A stretch of 64,000 bases of DNA from a virus. The notes beneath the pieces were generated by a model that was not told the origin of the DNA, made no database searches, and saw only the letters and a list, made by a program, of their open reading frames with translations. Position numbers and translations under genes: made by a program. Each line of letters begins with the position of its first letter. The stretch's first letter is position 1. Of this stretch, positions 19,435 to 28,689 are shown in pieces. The stretch is taken from IMG/VR virus record IMGVR_UViG_3300028364_001588; one strand, 5' to 3'.

Positions 19435-20145
19435 ATGGCAAATTTAACTGAATCATACATAAGGGGGTTAATTCGAGAAATACTATCGGAGACTCTAATT
19501 TTAGAAATTTCTGCAGAAGAAAAGACTAAAGTTATGGCTAAAAGTAACGAAAGAGTTCCTTTTAATAGAGAATTGGTGAAGCAAGCTATTCTTCAAGGTC
19601 GTGAGATTGGTATGAACTTTCAAACAAACAACGAAAAAACAAGAATGCCAGTAGCCAAGGCGAGGATTATTCATCCTGTTGCGATGGGTACTGACAAAAA
19701 TGGAAATCTGGTAATAAGAGGCCTTCACATAACTGGACAATCTGAAAAGGCAGCAAGAGCCACTGGCGTTAGGAGTGCAGAGGCAGAAGCAGAGAAAGAT
19801 GGCATCAATGCATGGAGATTATTTAGAGGAGAAAATGTAAGGTCTATGTGGTTTACAGATAGATTTTTTAGTGATAGCATTCCTGGGTTTAATCCGAACG
19901 ATAGCGCTATGACTTCTAAGTATGCTGTTTATAGCCCATCTGTAGCTAAAGCGTATCAAGATAGCCTTGTTGCTCAATCTAAAGAAGCAGAACTTGATGC
20001 TAAGCCAGAGATTAAACCACAGCAACCAGAACCTCAACAACAAAAGCAGGCGCAGAGCCAATTCAATAAAGATATTGAGCAAATGGGATATGAGGACCAG
20101 CCAATTCAAGAAAAAAAGAAGAATATTAGGAACTTCTTTAGATAA
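19435..20145 (+). CDS. WYL-like domain protein with head-protein-type N-terminus
   Basis: RIIHPVAMG...GNLVIRG...WRLFR...PGFNPND; N-terminal IRGLIREILSE. Confidence 0.55.
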   Translation: MANLTESYIRGLIREILSETLILEISAEEKTKVMAKSNERVPFNRELVKQAILQGREIGMNFQTNNEKTRMPVAKARIIHPVAMGTDKNGNLVIRGLHITGQSEKAARATGVRSAEAEAEKDGINAWRLFRGENVRSMWFTDRFFSDSIPGFNPNDSAMTSKYAVYSPSVAKAYQDSLVAQSKEAELDAKPEIKPQQPEPQQQKQAQSQFNKDIEQMGYEDQPIQEKKKNIRNFFR

Positions 20146-20163
20146 TTTTCGTATAATTGATAT

Positions 20164-20523
20164 ATGAAAAGAATAAAGGTCTTAATTCGATACAGAGTTA
20201 AGAGAATTCGAATACTTATTATAAAGTTTAATAGAGCCTTCAAAAGAGAGTCTAAAGAAACTGTTGTTGCCGCAAAAATACTTAGAAAACTAATTAGAGA
20301 CGAAAGTAGCGTAAGCAAAGAGGAGATAAAGTTTCTTAAAAATCAAGGAGCAGACCTTGGAAAGGCTGCAGGGCTTCTTGGTCTTCAATTAGTACCTGGC
20401 TCAAGTCTTGGCATTATAGCTATTGAGAAAATAGGGAAAAAGAAAGGGTTTACATTATTTCCAAAAGAGCATGAATTACCAGAAGGTCATAAACCTATTC
20501 CTCCGAAAGATTCTGCCCCTTAG
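20164..20523 (+). CDS. hypothetical protein (weak LETM1-like resemblance)
   Basis: EEIKFLKNQGADLGK...LVPGSS...LFPK. Confidence 0.5.
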   Translation: MKRIKVLIRYRVKRIRILIIKFNRAFKRESKETVVAAKILRKLIRDESSVSKEEIKFLKNQGADLGKAAGLLGLQLVPGSSLGIIAIEKIGKKKGFTLFPKEHELPEGHKPIPPKDSAP

Positions 20524-21046
20524 ATTCTGCAATAACTTTTTTAGCTTCCTCTTCTTGTTTTTTAACTCTTTCTTTCTCTTTGTTTGATTCTTTTAGAATT
20601 TTGTCAGCTTTTTCTTTGAGAGTATACAGATTTACTGACGTGTGCGCATTTGTTCTCCACGATTCATGCAAAACATCTTTACTTGTGATTCTCAAATGAA
20701 ACAAATGTATACCACGACTAATTTTAAACAAAGAAGCGTCATTGTATTCTCCGATGTAGTTTAACCCTTTTCCGTCTGGGTTTGACCAAGCAACCATGTG
20801 AGTTGTGTCAATTTCATCAACCTTTGGTTTTTTAGCCTCTTCCTTCTCAAGTCTTCTAAGTTTTCTCTCAATCTTCTTCTTAGCTTCTTGTTTTAAAGCT
20901 TCCTCTTTGGCTTTTAGCTCTTTCTTGGCATCTTCTTCCGCTCGCCTATCTTCTCTTTGTCCAGACTCTTTAATTGCTGCCATAGCTTCTCTTGCGAGTT
21001 CGTCAATAGACTTCTCTCTATCTGGTTTGTTGTTTTTATCTTCCAT
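20495..21046 (-). CDS. hypothetical coiled-coil protein
   Basis: 183-aa ORF coupled to the sbcC stop. Confidence 0.65.
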   Translation of the reverse strand: MEDKNNKPDREKSIDELAREAMAAIKESGQREDRRAEEDAKKELKAKEEALKQEAKKKIERKLRRLEKEEAKKPKVDEIDTTHMVAWSNPDGKGLNYIGEYNDASLFKISRGIHLFHLRITSKDVLHESWRTNAHTSVNLYTLKEKADKILKESNKEKERVKKQEEEAKKVIAESKGQNLSEE

Positions 21047-23871
21047 TATGTTATTGTAACTTGAGAAACCCCAGCTTTAGGATTATTGTCGAGGACTTCT
21101 TGGCTTAAATTACCTGGAGTCTTAACAACTTCTATAATGTTGTCTGCAAAATCCTTAATCTCGTTTCTATGAGTAATAATCATTACGTTTTTATACTTAT
21201 TACGTAAATAATTCAAAATATTAACAACACCCATCGTAAGCTCATCATCAAGCGTTCCAAACCCTTCGTCAATAATTCTTATAGATGGCTTTGTAAGCCT
21301 ACTCATGTATCTAAGAGCTTCTGTGATAACAATAGATGCAATGAACTTTTGAGAACCAGAAGCAGAGGCTAAAGGAAGTGCATCACTCTTATCTTCGCTA
21401 AAGAAGAATGTTTCTATAATATCTCCGTTAGAAAGAATTTCAAGTTCAATCTTAAAATCAACAACCTCTTGAAGGATGGAGTTTATTTTTCCATTTATGA
21501 TTGGCAACTTTTTTCTAATTATAGAAGCAGGGATTCCATCCTTATGCACAGCCTGCAGGTATATAGAGTATTTTTTAAACAATTTTTCAGAATTTTTAAT
21601 ATCCTTAAGTTTGTCTCCAAAGTTCTCTTTATTATTCTCAAGCACTTTTGATTCACCAAAAGCTATGTTTATATTTTTATCTAAATTGAATATCGCCAGT
21701 TTGTAGGTTTTGTTCAACTCAACCTTAGAGTCAATATCTTCTTGAATCTTTTCATTGTTTTTTATCTTATCTTTGTTTGCTTCGAATTTAGCAATCTTCT
21801 CATTTAGAATTTTAACTTTGTTGTTATCGTTTTCAACTAATGACTTTTTGCTTTTTAACAAAACTGTCTGGTCTTCAACTTTTGCGTTGTGTTCTATAAT
21901 GTCTTTTGAGTTGTTGATTAGGTCTATTTTATCCTGCAGCAATTTAGCGCCATCTTTCTTTATAGAAATAGATTGCTCTGCCATAGTTATTCTCTCCTTA
22001 GAAGTAATTATCTTATCATTATGAGCAATAACAGCTTTAGCGTCTTCTATGCTCTTAGCTTTGTGGTCTATAAGTTCTGTGTTGATTTTAATATCCTCAA
22101 GACATACTTCTTCTTTTTCTGGGTCAGCCTTTTTATGAACATTACCACATGTAGGGCAGCTTTTTCCTTGAAATGTTGGTAGTTGAGTTTTTAACGCAGA
22201 TACTTTTTCTTTAAGCTCATTTATTGCCTCTGAGTAACCAGTGGTGTCTATTTCTTTTTTTTCTGGATTATCTTTAACCCAACCTTTCAAAGTGCTTAGT
22301 GTAGATTCTATAGATTTAATTGCTGAGTTTTCAGCATTTAATTTTATCTGCAAACTATTCACAGTCTCGCCTTCTTTAAAAGGAAGTTCTTTTTTGAAAT
22401 TAATCGACAACCATTCTTCTGTCTTCGTGATAATTTCTTCATTTACTTTTATAGAATTCTCAAGGTAGGTGATTTCATTCTTAGACTCTTCTGTATTCTT
22501 AATGCCAGGGTCCTCAACTTTTTCAAGCTTCTTAGTAAGCTCTATAATATCATCACTAACATCGTTGTATTTTGCTTCAGACAAAACTTTTTCTTCTTTA
22601 AAAGATTCAAGTTCTTTGTTTTTGTCTTTAATCTCAACTTCAATATCTTTTATTTTATCTTCTATTTCAATAGTGTTACCAAGGTCTTTCTGTTTTCTCT
22701 TTACATCATTAAAAAAACTCTTTGCATAATCATGCCTTATCTTATAAGTCTCCAGGCCAAAAAATCTACTGATTAGATTGTTTTTAGGCTGTTGCTGCTG
22801 ACTTATATAATCACCATCCCCACCTTGAGCTTGCAGAGATGTTTTTGTAAAGTCTTCAAAAGAACCTATTGCATCTTTTACAAGTTGCTGAACCTCTTTT
22901 TGTTCTGCAGTTTTTCTATCAGAAATTTTGTCTTCCCATTTTTCTCCAACAACAACTCCGTCATCATCGTATTCAGTTACAAGCTTTTCATATTTTGTCT
23001 TAAAGGTGTTTTTTCCACCATTATTAGTAATCTGTCTATTGATTCTAAACTTATCTCCATTAATCGTAAGGTACAATTTAACATATCCAGTATTGGAATC
23101 GGTATAAATGTTTACGAGATATTTGGAACTGCTTTGATTGCCTCCTATAATCTCTTTGTAGAGGCCCCAGACGATAGCTTTTATTACATTGGACTTACCA
23201 TTAAAGTTTCTTCCAAAAATCCCTGTAAGCCCCCTTGTTTGGTCAAAATCAATTACGACAGGTTTTTTATCAAAAGAAAGAACGTTACTGATTTCAATTT
23301 TATTCAAATCCCAGTCATCAATAAGGTTAAGCTGATTCTCATCAATTTCAAGAGTTGTATCGACTTCTCTTGAGAATTCAATAAGGTCTTTCATAAGGTC
23401 TTTGTCTATGTCTGCTTCAGATTCGTTAACCCACTCTTCAAACATGTCTTCGAAAGTGAAATGTTCAAAATCCTCTTGCTCACCGATGTCAGCAATATCT
23501 CTTCTTATTTCTTTAAACTCAACCCTTACGCTTTCGCACTTATATTTATCTTTTACAAGTCTTTTAATTTGATTCTCTTTCTCAACAGAATAATTTTCTT
23601 CATAATCTTCCCAAGTGATATAGACTTTCGTCTTCCTCTTGTTATTGCTGAATTTGATAAAATCAACTCTTTCCTCAACGTCTTCACCTCTGGCAATGTC
23701 AATTTTAGCAAAACCATAATCGTTCATGACATACTTTCTCTCATGTTCAAAAGTATCAGTGTTCCACATAAGATAGCCTTTATCAATTGATTCACCGAAG
23801 TTTTGTTGAATTAAACTCCCTGAGTAACAGGCAGTTGGAGATTTTCTTCTTATTCTAATTTTTTTTCCCAT
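21046..23871 (-). CDS. sbcC: Rad50/SbcC (gp46-like) ATPase carrying the C-terminal part of the Mre11/SbcD domain at its N-terminus
   Basis: N-terminal YSGSLIQQNFGE...KGY (Mre11 end); Walker A GRNFNGKSN, zinc hook CPTCG, signature ASGSQ, Walker B IIDEGFGTLD and ITH. Confidence 0.9.
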   Translation of the reverse strand: MGKKIRIRRKSPTACYSGSLIQQNFGESIDKGYLMWNTDTFEHERKYVMNDYGFAKIDIARGEDVEERVDFIKFSNNKRKTKVYITWEDYEENYSVEKENQIKRLVKDKYKCESVRVEFKEIRRDIADIGEQEDFEHFTFEDMFEEWVNESEADIDKDLMKDLIEFSREVDTTLEIDENQLNLIDDWDLNKIEISNVLSFDKKPVVIDFDQTRGLTGIFGRNFNGKSNVIKAIVWGLYKEIIGGNQSSSKYLVNIYTDSNTGYVKLYLTINGDKFRINRQITNNGGKNTFKTKYEKLVTEYDDDGVVVGEKWEDKISDRKTAEQKEVQQLVKDAIGSFEDFTKTSLQAQGGDGDYISQQQQPKNNLISRFFGLETYKIRHDYAKSFFNDVKRKQKDLGNTIEIEDKIKDIEVEIKDKNKELESFKEEKVLSEAKYNDVSDDIIELTKKLEKVEDPGIKNTEESKNEITYLENSIKVNEEIITKTEEWLSINFKKELPFKEGETVNSLQIKLNAENSAIKSIESTLSTLKGWVKDNPEKKEIDTTGYSEAINELKEKVSALKTQLPTFQGKSCPTCGNVHKKADPEKEEVCLEDIKINTELIDHKAKSIEDAKAVIAHNDKIITSKERITMAEQSISIKKDGAKLLQDKIDLINNSKDIIEHNAKVEDQTVLLKSKKSLVENDNNKVKILNEKIAKFEANKDKIKNNEKIQEDIDSKVELNKTYKLAIFNLDKNINIAFGESKVLENNKENFGDKLKDIKNSEKLFKKYSIYLQAVHKDGIPASIIRKKLPIINGKINSILQEVVDFKIELEILSNGDIIETFFFSEDKSDALPLASASGSQKFIASIVITEALRYMSRLTKPSIRIIDEGFGTLDDELTMGVVNILNYLRNKYKNVMIITHRNEIKDFADNIIEVVKTPGNLSQEVLDNNPKAGVSQVTIT

Positions 23872-24297
23872 CTATTTATTTCTTCTAATAATTTAGTTTC
23901 AAAATCATTTTCTTTTATCTCATTACCCCCAGAATCTAACTAAATTATAACCATTTTCTTTGGCTAATTTATTTTTAAACTTATCATTTTCAACATTTAT
24001 CACTTGAGTTTCATTTAAAGTTTTATACAACTTAGGATGTCCATGCCAGTAATCTCCATCTGCTTCAATTAATAAATTATATTCTGGTAAGTAAAGGTCA
24101 TAAATTTTATATTTAATATCATCAAAATAAACGTAAAAAGACTTTTCAAATTCAATATTATTATCATTAAGTAATTCGCCAAACATTGGCTTTTTGCCTT
24201 CAAACTGCTTTACCATATCACTTAATACTTCTGGAGAATATGTTCTTCCATTCAAATTTTCTTTATTAGCAATAGCTAAAATACCTTCTATTTTCAT
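23850..24297 (-). pseudogene. chimaeric remnant: gp21-like prohead-protease N-terminus joined to a Vsr/DUF559-like endonuclease domain, frameshifted
   Basis: EGILAIANKENLNGRTYS...FGEL followed by YDLYLPEYNLLIEADGDYWHG. Removing one G from the run at 23926-23930 extends the frame to RFWGNEIK...RWEKKLE* (stop 23850), overlapping the sbcC ATG. Confidence 0.65.
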
Positions 24298-24301
24298 AAT
24301 T

Positions 24302-25027
24302 CTATTCTTTTACAATTTCCCATCCTTCTGATTCATAATCTTCAAACTCATCTTCATCAATCAATTTTTCTTCCCATCTATCGAATGTTTGATACTCATG
24401 AATATCTCCAAGCATTACCATGTCGAAATTATTGAACGTGCTGAGGCGCATAAGATTGTCTCCATGCATCTCATATCCATTATCACCTCTTGAGCCAAAT
24501 ACGGTACCGTGATACATTGCAATATATTTCTTGCCTGGCTCCTTTTTTTCTAAACTTAGAATTTCATTATCCTTACAAGAATAGATTCCATAAACCAACT
24601 CATCACCAATATTGTAAAACCCTGAGTCAGGAAAATAGTAAACAGCATTTTGACTATAATCTATTGAATCTTTGTTGTCATTTGTTACAACATGGGCTCT
24701 TTTTTTGTCACCATCTTCAATCATGTTTGCAAGATGAAATATTGGAGAAATAGCATCTCCCTGCTCAAGCTGTTGCAAGTTGAGGTCATGGTTTCCCAAA
24801 ATAACATCTGTAGGAGCAATCTTAGCAAGGTTCAACAAAAACTCTGCTAATAAGTTAAATGAACCAGGTGACATGTTAATTTTATGATGCACAAGGTCTC
24901 CAGCTACATAAATCCTATCTGGCTTCTGATTTATAAGGTCTTCATTCAATCTTTCGAATACGCTTCTGTACTCTTCATGTCTGGTTCCAAATCTTATTTG
25001 TATATCTGCTAAGTGAGCTATCTTCAT
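24302..25027 (-). CDS. sbcD: Mre11/SbcD (gp47-like) nuclease, N-terminal part
   Basis: HLADIQ, AGDLVH, GNHD, MYHG and GDIH phosphoesterase motifs; lacks the final YxGS motif. Confidence 0.88.
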   Translation of the reverse strand: MKIAHLADIQIRFGTRHEEYRSVFERLNEDLINQKPDRIYVAGDLVHHKINMSPGSFNLLAEFLLNLAKIAPTDVILGNHDLNLQQLEQGDAISPIFHLANMIEDGDKKRAHVVTNDNKDSIDYSQNAVYYFPDSGFYNIGDELVYGIYSCKDNEILSLEKKEPGKKYIAMYHGTVFGSRGDNGYEMHGDNLMRLSTFNNFDMVMLGDIHEYQTFDRWEEKLIDEDEFEDYESEGWEIVKE

Positions 25028-25035
25028 TTTTGCTG

Positions 25036-26037
25036 TTATTTTAATTTTTTCTGTATCTCTAACGATAAATCAAGACGCTGAAGGTTACTGAGAGCTTTGG
25101 CTACTTCTCCCTTTCCGTGGTCTTCATATATTTTAGAAATATCTTTCTTATACGCTGTTAAATCTACATAAAAAACATCCAAACCTAAAGAGGAAAGTAA
25201 TGTATAAATTTCTACAACTTTTTTTATTGCATCATCATCAAGACATAATACAACTGTACAATTACGTTTCAATAATTCGTTAGTCAACAGTTCAGAAATC
25301 TCCTTTCCAAGAATTGGAATTGAGTTAGGAACTCGAAACATATCAAACACACCCTCAACAAGAAATACTGGCAAATCCCAATTGATGTTGGATTCGTTGA
25401 ATATGATGTCATTTTTATGAACTTCTTCTCCAGATGGTTTAATATATGGTATTTCTTTAGGGCCTGGAATGAAAGACCTCGCTTCGTAGTAATTAATTTT
25501 TCCAAGTCTATTTTTAGATGGTATTATTATCCTAAACTTTCTCGGACCATTTTCTGTGTACCCTATTTCATACTTATCTATAAAAGAAAGAGGTACTGCT
25601 CTTGTAATTGTAAGATAATCCCAAGCAAGCTTGTACATTTTTGTGCTTCTTTTCTGACCAAGAGGCAAGTATCCTTTTGGAAGCTTGCATGTAATAAGGT
25701 CGTGGTCAATTTTAGGCCTTTTCTTTTGTTGGCTCTGAAGTGTTTTTATATTCTCTCTTGGGAAAACTAAGTTAAGTTTTTTGTAATCATCTTGAGAACC
25801 ATAATCATTAACAAGAGTGTGAACATACCCAGAATATTTTGGTTCACATTTCCAACACTTAAAAGCTTTTTTTTGAGAATTATATTCAAGATTGAATTTA
25901 TCGACATCGTGACGACAGGTTGGTCCAGGACAATTGAATTGCCACTGCTTTTTATTTAAAGCGTCAGCATCACTCTTAGGGGTTCCTAAAAAGTTTTTGA
26001 GTATCTGAACTATAGTGTAATCAATATTGCCATCCAT
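25036..26037 (-). CDS. DNA primase (Zn finger plus TOPRIM)
   Basis: CPGPTC...CWKC, RIIIP, LVEGVFD, LDDDA and KDI. Confidence 0.85.
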   Translation of the reverse strand: MDGNIDYTIVQILKNFLGTPKSDADALNKKQWQFNCPGPTCRHDVDKFNLEYNSQKKAFKCWKCEPKYSGYVHTLVNDYGSQDDYKKLNLVFPRENIKTLQSQQKKRPKIDHDLITCKLPKGYLPLGQKRSTKMYKLAWDYLTITRAVPLSFIDKYEIGYTENGPRKFRIIIPSKNRLGKINYYEARSFIPGPKEIPYIKPSGEEVHKNDIIFNESNINWDLPVFLVEGVFDMFRVPNSIPILGKEISELLTNELLKRNCTVVLCLDDDAIKKVVEIYTLLSSLGLDVFYVDLTAYKKDISKIYEDHGKGEVAKALSNLQRLDLSLEIQKKLK

Positions 26038-26041
26038 TCTG

Positions 26042-26073
26042 CAAATGTACAGAATAGTGTTGGATTTAGCAAA
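26042..26073 (-). promoter_or_regulatory. Bacteroidota-type promoter TTTG-N20-TACATTTG
   Basis: Exact match to the -33/-7 consensus immediately upstream of the primase ATG. Confidence 0.7.
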
Positions 26074-26081
26074 GTTTTTTA

Positions 26082-26243
26082 TTATTTAGTCAAATGATGC
26101 AAAAAGAAATCAATTTCTATTGTTTCTATAATAGAATCAACATCTCCATCTATCCAGCCTGGCACAATTAACTCAACATCATGCTTGGGACATTTTAGTA
26201 AAGCTAATTTAATTTCATCTAATGTAAAAAGTTTTTTACTCAT
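26082..26243 (-). CDS. small hypothetical protein
   Basis: MSKKLFTLDE...; ATG overlaps the end of the RuvC gene. Confidence 0.5.
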   Translation of the reverse strand: MSKKLFTLDEIKLALLKCPKHDVELIVPGWIDGDVDSIIETIEIDFFLHHLTK

Positions 26244-26787
26244 CTTCTTGTGCCGCTTTTTGTGCATTCATAATATTTATATGACATATTCCTATAGTAT
26301 ACGCATCTGCCATGTCATAATTCTCTACAGATAACTTGTGGCTCTTTGTTCCGTATTTCCAAACAATGTGAGGCTCAAGGACACAAACAAGAGTCCACAC
26401 CTGGTGCTTATTCTCATTGCTTTTCTTTTTCGCCTTGTAGTCTGGGAATGCAGTTTTTCTTGCGGTGTTCACATTGTAGTGAATCGGTTCAACTCCAAAT
26501 GTATCATATACGGATGCGCTAATCATTCCATTAAAGAAATTAAGAATAGCTATTGTACTTGCGCTTGAGAATTTTCCAGCAAACTTTTTTAAAGGTTCTT
26601 CTATTACAATGTGTTGTATATCTGAGTCTTCAAGGAACTTTAGTTGTTTTTTGAACTCTTTGAGTTTTTCAAATAAAGTAAGTTTAGTACTGAACTTTAC
26701 GTAGTTCAATTCCATAAGCTCTTCACCGTCTGCGCTAAATAACGCATATCCGATACAGCTTGTTGATACATCTAATGCAAGAATCAT
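26236..26787 (-). CDS. RuvC-like Holliday junction resolvase
   Basis: ILALDVSTSCIGY, IVIEEP and DMADAY. Confidence 0.8.
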   Translation of the reverse strand: MILALDVSTSCIGYALFSADGEELMELNYVKFSTKLTLFEKLKEFKKQLKFLEDSDIQHIVIEEPLKKFAGKFSSASTIAILNFFNGMISASVYDTFGVEPIHYNVNTARKTAFPDYKAKKKSNENKHQVWTLVCVLEPHIVWKYGTKSHKLSVENYDMADAYTIGICHINIMNAQKAAQEDE

Positions 26788-26807
26788 AATTTTGTTTTAT
26801 AAAACAT

Positions 26808-26840
26808 AAAAAAAGCCCTTGACAATATCAAGAGCTTTTT
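26808..26840 (-). terminator. intrinsic terminator ending the structural operon
   Basis: AAAAAGCTCTTGA-N5-TCAAGGGC followed by a T-run on the minus strand. Confidence 0.7.
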
Positions 26841-26854
26841 CAAATTTGTTATAT

Positions 26855-26995
26855 TTAGATTTGGCTTATAATCTTCTTGTTCTTCACAGCAAATACAAAT
26901 TCGCCTTGCTCACCTATGCGTCTTGAAAAATTAATGGCAGAACCTATATAAGCCCTGCCATTAATCATATTCTTTATTTTGTAAATTCCAGCCAT
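26855..26995 (-). pseudogene. truncated GIY-YIG endonuclease remnant
   Basis: Manual translation MAGIYKIKNMINGRAYIGSAINFSRRIGEQ...* (46 aa). Confidence 0.75.
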
Positions 26996-27016
26996 AACTA
27001 ACTAATAATCAAGTCG

Positions 27017-28120
27017 TTAAACATCTATGTCTAAATTAAATGTAATCAAGTTTGTGTAAGTTTTTTCAACTGGCCTATCCATCTTAGCAACCGCTATAAG
27101 TTCGCTATTTTTATTATACAAACCAATCTCTGTAACTTGAACTGGTTCAAAACCATTTGTACCATTATTAAGCTCCTGAAGGTTGAATGCAAGGTTCCAA
27201 GATGGATTTGTAGAAAACACAAACTCAGAAGGAAGAGCAAGACACACTACAGAAGTTCTGAAGTTTATGTCAATATCATTAAATGTAACTTGAGAAACAC
27301 TTGCTCCTCCTGAAAAATAAACATCAGTAGTTCCTGATGAAGTATTGGCTGCATTTGTAATTAAGTCATAACCTTGTCCCCATGGAATGTTGTTCACTAT
27401 GTCTGGGTGAGTAAGTACCATAAAACCTTTATCAAGAGCTACAAACCCAACAGGGATGTCGTAATTATATCCTTGATTTGTGCTTGTTGGATATTTTTCT
27501 TGAACCATTACTGATTTGTTAACTCCAGACCATGCTCTTGTATCTGTATTAATGTCGGCAGCTTGAAGGTCGGAATATGCGTGCGCTTTTGGTTTATTTA
27601 CAAAAGGTACAACATCCCAAGTGGTTCTTGGCAAAAATGATGCGTTACCGTTTCCAGTAGTACCAGTTCTTGGCCTGTTGATGTCATCGGCAAACAAAAA
27701 AGCCACATTATTACCAAGAAGAACTGAATCTTGAGCCTTAGTAAGTTGACCATAAGTAGAAGATACCACTGTCATTCCAGACACGCCTGTAGCTCCGCTT
27801 AGTTGAGGTACAATAAATCTAACGCTTCTACCATCAATTATTTCATTGTGTTCTTCTCTTGGAATTGGAGATATAACCATGTTGTCAACATTTAACTGTT
27901 GAAGTTCTGGGTTTTGCAACGACAAAGTTGAACCTGTGTCAAGATTCGCTTGAGTGTGAGGCATTCTAAATGATATAAAATAATTTGCCTCTTTACTAAG
28001 CAAATCTGTTCTATCACATAAAGTATATGTTAGACCACTATCATTTACAGTGGTAAATGAAGAAGTTTCCTGTCTTGTTGAGATTATACTTGTTATCGGT
28101 TTGTATGGATTATTTGCCAT
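27017..28120 (-). CDS. virion structural (tail/baseplate) protein
   Basis: S/T/G/N-rich; C-terminal VTEIGLYN...LIAVAK motif of tail-fibre attachment type. Confidence 0.7.
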   Translation of the reverse strand: MANNPYKPITSIISTRQETSSFTTVNDSGLTYTLCDRTDLLSKEANYFISFRMPHTQANLDTGSTLSLQNPELQQLNVDNMVISPIPREEHNEIIDGRSVRFIVPQLSGATGVSGMTVVSSTYGQLTKAQDSVLLGNNVAFLFADDINRPRTGTTGNGNASFLPRTTWDVVPFVNKPKAHAYSDLQAADINTDTRAWSGVNKSVMVQEKYPTSTNQGYNYDIPVGFVALDKGFMVLTHPDIVNNIPWGQGYDLITNAANTSSGTTDVYFSGGASVSQVTFNDIDINFRTSVVCLALPSEFVFSTNPSWNLAFNLQELNNGTNGFEPVQVTEIGLYNKNSELIAVAKMDRPVEKTYTNLITFNLDIDV

Positions 28121-28144
28121 TGTTTTTTATTTTTTTATTTAGTT

Positions 28145-28666
28145 TTAAATTGCACTACTTGTGGTGGTACCTCCAAAAGTTGCAGAAAACCTAACTGTGT
28201 ATTGAATCGCTGCCGAAGAAACGTTTGTATCTAAACCAAGAACTTGGAATACCAAAGTTTTAGCATAAGAAGCTCCTTGAGAAGGGATAGAGAGCGCTCC
28301 ATCTAAACAAAAAGTTCTAAGGTCTGCTCTATAAGCAGATGAGATACCTGTAGTGTAATCATAATATCCATCTTGAGAACCATTTGTTTTTGAACAGAAG
28401 GTTACATAAAATTCACTTGAGTTAGGTTGTGGCAGGTGTAGTTTTAAAAAATTTGCTCCTGGAGAAGTGTTTGATGTCAACGGAATGACAATCTTATTGT
28501 TTCCAATGTTAATTGCAGAAACTGGTACATTATAAGAACCTGTTGGGCCAGATACAGTATGAGGTTCAACAAAAGGGTCACCATTGTCTAAGTTGGTAGT
28601 TGTAAAATTAACCACCTGAGCCATTGGGAATCCTATAGTTGCTGGGTCTTGATTTGCTTGTGCCAT
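28145..28666 (-). CDS. virion structural protein
   Basis: Beta-rich, S/T-rich ORF in the structural operon. Confidence 0.6.
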   Translation of the reverse strand: MAQANQDPATIGFPMAQVVNFTTTNLDNGDPFVEPHTVSGPTGSYNVPVSAINIGNNKIVIPLTSNTSPGANFLKLHLPQPNSSEFYVTFCSKTNGSQDGYYDYTTGISSAYRADLRTFCLDGALSIPSQGASYAKTLVFQVLGLDTNVSSAAIQYTVRFSATFGGTTTSSAI

Positions 28667-28689
28667 TTTTTTCTAATTTTATAAATTGA

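Noticed and set aside
23840-24400. Split intein or group I intron joining sbcD and sbcC
   Set aside because: No Cys/Ser-initiated IntN block after the break and no His-Asn-(C/S/T) at the start of the downstream half. I could not recognise group I core elements, and the interval is filled by a protein-coding remnant.
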